From assembly GCA_963817955.1 (NCBI GenBank), contig CAWFQK010000002.1:1056001-1120000 (forward strand): DNA of 64,000 bases. The letters are read 5' to 3'. This DNA is from an uncultured Gemmatimonadaceae bacterium (GTDB lineage: Bacteria; Gemmatimonadota; Gemmatimonadetes; Gemmatimonadales; Gemmatimonadaceae). Made by a program: the position numbers and the translations under genes. This document shows positions 59,072 to 64,000 of this stretch, in pieces (the first letter of the stretch is position 1; every line of letters starts with the position of its first letter). The notes under the pieces are model-generated. The model had not been told where the DNA came from and ran no database searches. It saw only the letters and a list, made by a program, of their open reading frames with translations.

Positions 59072-59110
59072 GACAAACGGGGTCAGCGCCAGGCGCTGAC
59101 CCCGTTTGTC
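59072..59110. terminator. Perfect 19-bp inverted repeat downstream of gyrA
   Basis: gacaaacggggtcagcgcc-a-ggcgctgaccccgtttgtc, 19 bp past the gyrA stop. Confidence 0.7.
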
Positions 59111-59129
59111 ACGCCGCGAACTCGGGAGG

Positions 59130-61655
59130 CTATTCCTCGTCGCCCTCGGATTCCGGGCTCACGCCTGCGGACTCGTCCATCCCCTCATCGCCCAGATCCA
59201 CATCGTCGTCGGGCACGACACGCGCGACGTCCATCACTGAATCGTGCGACTCGAGGTTCACGAGCCTCACTCCTTGCGTGTTGCGTCCAGCCACCCGGAT
59301 GCCCCGAACCGGCATGCGGATCGCGATGCCCTGCTTGGTGATGAGCATCAACTCATCGTCCGGCAGGACTTCCTTGATGGACACCGCGTCGCCGGTCTTG
59401 TCAGTGCGGTGGACGGTGATGATGCCCTTGCCGCCGCGCTTCTGCACGCGATACTCGTCGATCGGCGAGCACTTGCCCATGCCCAGCTCTGTGACCACCA
59501 GCAGGTTGGCCTCACGCTTGATGACCACCATGCCGATCAACGCATCGCGCGGTCCGAGCTCGATGCCCTTTACACCCGTGGTATCGCGACCCATCTCGCG
59601 CACGTCCTGCTCGTGGAAGCGAATGGACAGCCCGTGGCGCGTCGCAAGGACGATGTCGCTCGTGCCGCTCGTCACCTGCACGTCGATCAGCTCGTCGCCC
59701 TCCTCGATCTTGATCGCCTTGATACCCGTCGTGCGCACGTTCGAATACTGCGAGAGCGCCGTCTTCTTCACCGTGCCTTTCTTCGTCGAGAAGAGCAGGA
59801 ATTGATCGTCGGGGAATGAACGCACGGTCACGATGGCCGAGACCTTCGTATCGGCCGACACGTTGATCATGTTGACGATCGGCTTGCCCTTGGCTGCGCG
59901 CCCCGCCTGCGGAATCTCGTGCACCTTGAGCCAGAAGCAGCGGCCATCGTCGGTGAACACGAGTACATAGTCGTGCGTCGACGCGACGAAGAGATGCTCG
60001 ACAAAATCCTCATCCTTGAGCGTCGCACCGTTGTTTCCACGTCCACCACGTCGCTGCTTCTTGTATGTGGACGCCGAGGTGCGCTTGATGTAGCCCGAGT
60101 GCGAGATGGTGACGACCATCTCCTCTTCGGCAATCAAGTCCTCGATCGTAAACTCGCCCTCGTCGCTCGTGATCTCCGTGCGGCGCTCGTCGCCATACTT
60201 GCGAGCGATCTCCGTGAGCTCATCCTTGAGGATCTTCATGCGCGCGTCCTTGGAGGCGAGGAGCGCACGCAGATCCTTGATGAACGCCTGCACTTCCGTC
60301 AGCTCTTCTTCCAGCTTGTCGATCTCGAGGCCGGTGAGCTTGGCGAGGCGCATGTTGAGGATCGCCTCGGCCTGCCGGTCGGACAACTTGAACCGCTTCT
60401 GCAGTTGCGCGCTCGCCGACGGTGTATCCTCGGCCTTGCGGATGAGCTTGATCACTTCGTCGATATTGTCGACGGCAATCTTGAGCCCCTCGAGTATGTG
60501 TTCGCGCTCGAGTGCCTTGTCGAGATCGAACTGCGTGCGACGGACAATGATCTCATGTCGGTGCGTGATGTAATGCTCCAGCACCTCCTTGAGCGGCATC
60601 ACCTTGGGCACGAGGCTGCCCGTGGCCGGATCCGGCACGAGCGCCAGCATGATGACGCCGAACGTCGACTGCATCGCGGTGTGCTTGTACAGCTGGTTCA
60701 GCACCACACGCGGAATGGCGTCACGCTTCAGCTCGATGACAATGCGCATTCCGTCCTTGTCGGACTCGTTGCGCAGGTCGGATATGCCTTCGAGTTTCTT
60801 GTCACGTACCAGGTCAGCGATGTTCTCGATGAGCTTGGCGCTGTTGACCTGGTACGGGATCTCGTTGACGACGATTTGCGACTTGTTCGAGGATTCCTTT
60901 TCCTCGATGACCGCGCGGGCGCGCATGACGATGCGTCCGCGCCCGGTTTCCTGGTAATCCGTGATGCCGGCGCGGCCGTAGATATAGCCGCCCGTCGGAA
61001 AATCCGGACCCTTGATGAACTTCCGGATGTCGGCGCCGCTGGCCTCCGGATGCTCGACGAGGTGGATAATGGCGCTGACGACCTCGCGCAGGTTGTGCGG
61101 CGGAATGTTCGTCGCCATGCCCACAGCAATGCCCGACGATCCGTTGACGACGAGATTGGGAATGCCGGCCGGCAGAACCGAAGGTTCTTCGAGGTGGTCG
61201 TCGAAGTTCGGAACGTAGTTGACGGTGTTCTTCTCGATGTCCGCCAACAACTCCATCGCGATCGGCATGAGCCGCGCTTCGGTGTAGCGGTACGCCGCCG
61301 CCGGATCGCCTTCCACCGAACCGAAGTTGCCCTGGCCGTCGATCAGCGGACACCGCAGCGAGAACTCCTGCACCATACGCACGAGCGCGTCATACACGCT
61401 CGAGTCGCCGTGCGGGTGATACTTGCCTAGCACATCACCGACCACGGTCGCCGACTTCTTGTATGGACGTCCGGGCACCAGACCGAGATCGTTCATCGCG
61501 TACAACACGCGGCGGTGCACAGGCTTGAGCCCGTCACGCACGTCGGGAAGTGCGCGAGAGACGATGACGCTCATCGAGTAATTGATGAACGACTCTTTGA
61601 TCTCGTCGTCGATCAGGCGCGGGAGAATACGTTCGCGATTGTTGGGAGCGGTCAT
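59130..61655 (-). CDS. gyrA: DNA gyrase subunit A
   Basis: [20 protein letters not shown], catalytic AYRYTE, GyrA-box QRRGGRG, beta-pinwheel repeats, acidic tail. Confidence 0.98.
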   Translation of the reverse strand: MTAPNNRERILPRLIDDEIKESFINYSMSVIVSRALPDVRDGLKPVHRRVLYAMNDLGLVPGRPYKKSATVVGDVLGKYHPHGDSSVYDALVRMVQEFSLRCPLIDGQGNFGSVEGDPAAAYRYTEARLMPIAMELLADIEKNTVNYVPNFDDHLEEPSVLPAGIPNLVVNGSSGIAVGMATNIPPHNLREVVSAIIHLVEHPEASGADIRKFIKGPDFPTGGYIYGRAGITDYQETGRGRIVMRARAVIEEKESSNKSQIVVNEIPYQVNSAKLIENIADLVRDKKLEGISDLRNESDKDGMRIVIELKRDAIPRVVLNQLYKHTAMQSTFGVIMLALVPDPATGSLVPKVMPLKEVLEHYITHRHEIIVRRTQFDLDKALEREHILEGLKIAVDNIDEVIKLIRKAEDTPSASAQLQKRFKLSDRQAEAILNMRLAKLTGLEIDKLEEELTEVQAFIKDLRALLASKDARMKILKDELTEIARKYGDERRTEITSDEGEFTIEDLIAEEEMVVTISHSGYIKRTSASTYKKQRRGGRGNNGATLKDEDFVEHLFVASTHDYVLVFTDDGRCFWLKVHEIPQAGRAAKGKPIVNMINVSADTKVSAIVTVRSFPDDQFLLFSTKKGTVKKTALSQYSNVRTTGIKAIKIEEGDELIDVQVTSGTSDIVLATRHGLSIRFHEQDVREMGRDTTGVKGIELGPRDALIGMVVIKREANLLVVTELGMGKCSPIDEYRVQKRGGKGIITVHRTDKTGDAVSIKEVLPDDELMLITKQGIAIRMPVRGIRVAGRNTQGVRLVNLESHDSVMDVARVVPDDDVDLGDEGMDESAGVSPESEGDEE

Positions 61656-61859
61656 GTCGTGTCGGAGGAAGCGATCAGCGAGCGGCAAGTGCCTGGGCGC
61701 GCGCGGACTTCAGCACGCGGCGAAGGACCCCAAAATGGAGACATTCCGAGACTTCTAAATGTACCCGAAAACACAACGAAACGCAACGGCAAGAAGGCGC
61801 TGTAAGTTGTTAATTGTCAATAGCTTGCAATGATCGTATTTCCGGTACTGTTGGGTGCG

Positions 61860-61885
61860 AAAAAGGGCGTCCGAACCGGACGCCC
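61860..61885 (-). terminator. Intrinsic terminator of the TM-helix gene
   Basis: gggcgtccg-aac-cggacgccc preceded by aaaaa, which is a U-tract on the minus strand. Confidence 0.8.
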
Positions 61886-61915
61886 CTCGCACCATGACGC
61901 CGAACCGTCGAGTGC

Positions 61916-62722
61916 TCATTCCGGCGGTGTGGACGATTCTGGCCGCCGCAGATCGGGGTTCGCCGGGCGGCGCATTTGCGCCTCTTCCTCATCAGCTTCG
62001 GCATCGGCCTGCTCCTCCTCGTGCCGTTCGCGCGCCAGCGCTTCCGAGCGCTCGCGACGATAGCGCTCGTACCAGTCGCGCGTGATCTCACCGGCAAGCT
62101 CACGGTTGCCGAGCCCGAACGACAGCGACAGCGCCAGCGCGATCGCTCCAAACAAAATGGCGAATGCTGTCGTCACGATGTCCGTCGCGATGCCCAGCTG
62201 CTGCAACGCCATGAAGATCGCGAGCAGGATGACGCCACCACGGCCCAATCGGGCGAGCGAACGCCCGCCGTGCACCGCACCCGCCGATGCGGCGATCAAT
62301 CCCCCGACGAATCCCCCGAGCACGATGCCGACGAGAATGATCACGATCGCCGCGATCACGCTCGGGATGTAGCTCACCAGCGTCGACACCACGTTTGCCA
62401 GCGAGTCGAGTCCGAGCGAGTTCGACGCGAGCAGGATCACGGTGAACATCACCAACCAGAACACCAGGTTGGCGAGCACACGCGTCGGATTCACGTGCGT
62501 CCCGGAGCGCTCCACCGCCTGAGTAACGCCGCCGCGCTCGAGCAGGTAATTCAGCCGAATCCGACGCAGCCCCCGCTCGACCCATCTCTCGAGCAGCTTC
62601 GCGAGCAGATAGCCGGCGAAGAGAATGACCAGCGCGCCGAGCAAGGCCGGAAGCGTCTGTCCGAACACCCGCTGGAAGCTCGTTTGCAGGCGATCGCTAA
62701 AATCGGTCGTGTCTTGTTGCAT
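61916..62722 (-). CDS. CmpX-like / MscS TM-helix repeat membrane protein
   Basis: Two TM_helix repeats (LPALLGALVIL, YIPSVIAAIVII); LSFGLG; charged tail. Confidence 0.85.
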   Translation of the reverse strand: MQQDTTDFSDRLQTSFQRVFGQTLPALLGALVILFAGYLLAKLLERWVERGLRRIRLNYLLERGGVTQAVERSGTHVNPTRVLANLVFWLVMFTVILLASNSLGLDSLANVVSTLVSYIPSVIAAIVIILVGIVLGGFVGGLIAASAGAVHGGRSLARLGRGGVILLAIFMALQQLGIATDIVTTAFAILFGAIALALSLSFGLGNRELAGEITRDWYERYRRERSEALARERHEEEQADAEADEEEAQMRRPANPDLRRPESSTPPE

Positions 62723-62808
62723 TGTGGGTGAATCTAAGGAGCTTGCGTCTGTGGCATAGGGTCAAACGGTCAGGCATCTCGTCTCCCGTGTCCCGTTGTC
62801 TGTGTGAC

Positions 62809-62870
62809 CGCAGACGGCGCAACAGCCATTTAACGCAGAGAACTGCAAGAGAACGCAGAGAACTGCAGAG
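62809..62870. repeat. Further copy of the AGAGAACTGC repeat arm, ending at the IS110 boundary
   Basis: 62809-62826 is identical to 13493-13510 (cgcagacggcgcaacagc). It continues catttaacgcagag and gagaactgca units. Confidence 0.9.
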
Positions 62871-64000
62871 CTATCTGAGGTTATCCGTCAAGGGGAAAAG
62901 GACGTCATGCAGTCGCGGGGACGAGGTGCGCGGTGAGGGGTGAGCCGCGGTGTTCGAGCGCGCGGACATAGCGCGCGTCGTCATACGGGATGCTGTCGTG
63001 CCAGCAGCGCCAGAGAATCCGGATCCATTTGAACGCGAGCGTGCGAATGGCGGCGTGATGCGACTTGCCGCGTTGTCGTTGCAGGTGATAGAACGCGCGC
63101 GCCCAGGGGACGTGCGGTAGCGAGTACTGTGCGAACTCATGAAAGGTCTGGCGAAGAAACTTCGAGGTCGCCCAGCGCCAGTGCACCACGCAGCTCTTGC
63201 CGCTGCGCACGGTAATCGGGGCGATCCCTGCGGTTTGCTGCACGTCCGCCGCTGAGGGGTAGCGCGTGCGGTCCGAGCCAAACGCGACCAGGAGCCGCGG
63301 TGCGAAGGCCGCGCCGGCGCCCGGCACTGACTGAAAGATCACTGCATCGGGATGGGCGGCGAACGCCGCGGCGATCCGCTTCTCGAGCGCGACCAGACTC
63401 GGGTGCAGGGCCAGCAACTGGCGGGCGAGCATCTGCGCATGGAGGGCATGGGACTCGATGATGGCCGGGTCGCGCGTCAACGGGGTGGCCGTGGCGATTG
63501 CCTCCAGGCGCGCCGTGATGCCCGACTGGCTGCGGCAATTGTGCGCCGTGTAGAACGTCCGCACCGTCGCGGGGCGCGCGCGCTGCAGGGCTTCCAGCGT
63601 GGGCCACCGCTCCAGAAAGTCGCAGGCCAGGGGCGCACTGAGGTCGGTGCCGGCCACGGTGAGGGCGAGGGGGAAATAGGCCTTGAGCACGGCCTGCAAC
63701 TGCTGCGTGAGCCGGGTCCGCATGTCCACGAGCGTGCGCCGGATCTGCACGAGGTAGTTGAGCGAGCGCGTGGCGGCATCCTCCGGCATCCAGGGGTGCA
63801 ACTGGGCCTGATGGTGCGTCAGCAAGGCGAGCAGGAGCCGCGCATCCGGCACGTCGTCCTTGGCGCCGTTGGGGGAGAACACTTGGCGGAAGCGGCACAG
63901 GCTGCGCGGATTGACGGGATAGAGCACGAGGAACGGCGCCTCGAGGAGCGCGTGGACAATCGGGCCCCGCGAGGTCTCCAGGGCGATGCCGATCGGTTGG
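62871..64000 (-). mobile_element. IS110 family insertion sequence: right end and most of the transposase; left end outside the window
   Basis: Transposase ORF, then 34 bp of non-coding end containing TTGACG, then an abrupt switch to the repeat. The boundary is inferred. Confidence 0.85.
62905..63999 (-). CDS. IS110 family DEDD transposase/recombinase, 5'-truncated
   Basis: Frame open to the window edge: IALETSRG (E), YPVNP, AKDDVPDA (DD), SVPGAG, GIAPITVRSGK (Tnp serine), GKSHHAAIRTLAFKW. Confidence 0.95.
   Translation of the reverse strand, partial: QPIGIALETSRGPIVHALLEAPFLVLYPVNPRSLCRFRQVFSPNGAKDDVPDARLLLALLTHHQAQLHPWMPEDAATRSLNYLVQIRRTLVDMRTRLTQQLQAVLKAYFPLALTVAGTDLSAPLACDFLERWPTLEALQRARPATVRTFYTAHNCRSQSGITARLEAIATATPLTRDPAIIESHALHAQMLARQLLALHPSLVALEKRIAAAFAAHPDAVIFQSVPGAGAAFAPRLLVAFGSDRTRYPSAADVQQTAGIAPITVRSGKSCVVHWRWATSKFLRQTFHEFAQYSLPHVPWARAFYHLQRQRGKSHHAAIRTLAFKWIRILWRCWHDSIPYDDARYVRALEHRGSPLTAHLVPATA

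Noticed and set aside
59130..61655. ParC identity, or gyrA without adjacent gyrB as an anomaly
   Set aside because: The GyrA-box is present, and separated gyrA/gyrB genes are common.
62871..62904. Bridge/seek RNA encoded downstream of the transposase
   Set aside because: Only 34 bp lie between the stop and the repeat, too short for such an RNA. Any guide RNA should be upstream, outside the window.

Overview
GC-rich bacterial chromosomal window of mostly housekeeping genes. Gene content and style suggest Gemmatimonadota, which is an inference. In order it holds: the tail of a pilus-type gene; a ~14 kb peptidase/OPT-transporter cluster; nth; a cyclophilin; a hybrid histidine kinase; an ECF-sigma/TolC/adaptor/MacB-permease locus; padR and kup; a ferritin-like/VIT1 fusion; leuS; an MCP; a Tat glycosylasparaginase-K+ channel-GT-C operon divergent from a cNMP-domain aspartase; a phosphoribosyltransferase; a caa3-type oxidase operon; dacB; a GGDEF-dehydratase-Ser/Thr kinase-M1 peptidase operon; gyrA; and a truncated IS110 transposase. 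No rRNA, tRNA or CRISPR array was seen. The strongest non-coding signal is a dispersed AGAGAACTGC-type repeat family. It forms a large inverted-repeat element at 13.4-13.9 kb, bounded by a 12-bp direct repeat. A copy at 62.8 kb directly abuts the IS110 end at a CT dinucleotide with a -35 box 15 nt inside, which fits an RNA-guided (bridge-type) recombinase targeting that repeat. Also noted: a 56-aa membrane protein missing from the ORF track, a NagX-like pseudogene, PadR operator boxes and a recurring leaderless-promoter signature. All product calls come from motif recognition; no database searches were run.
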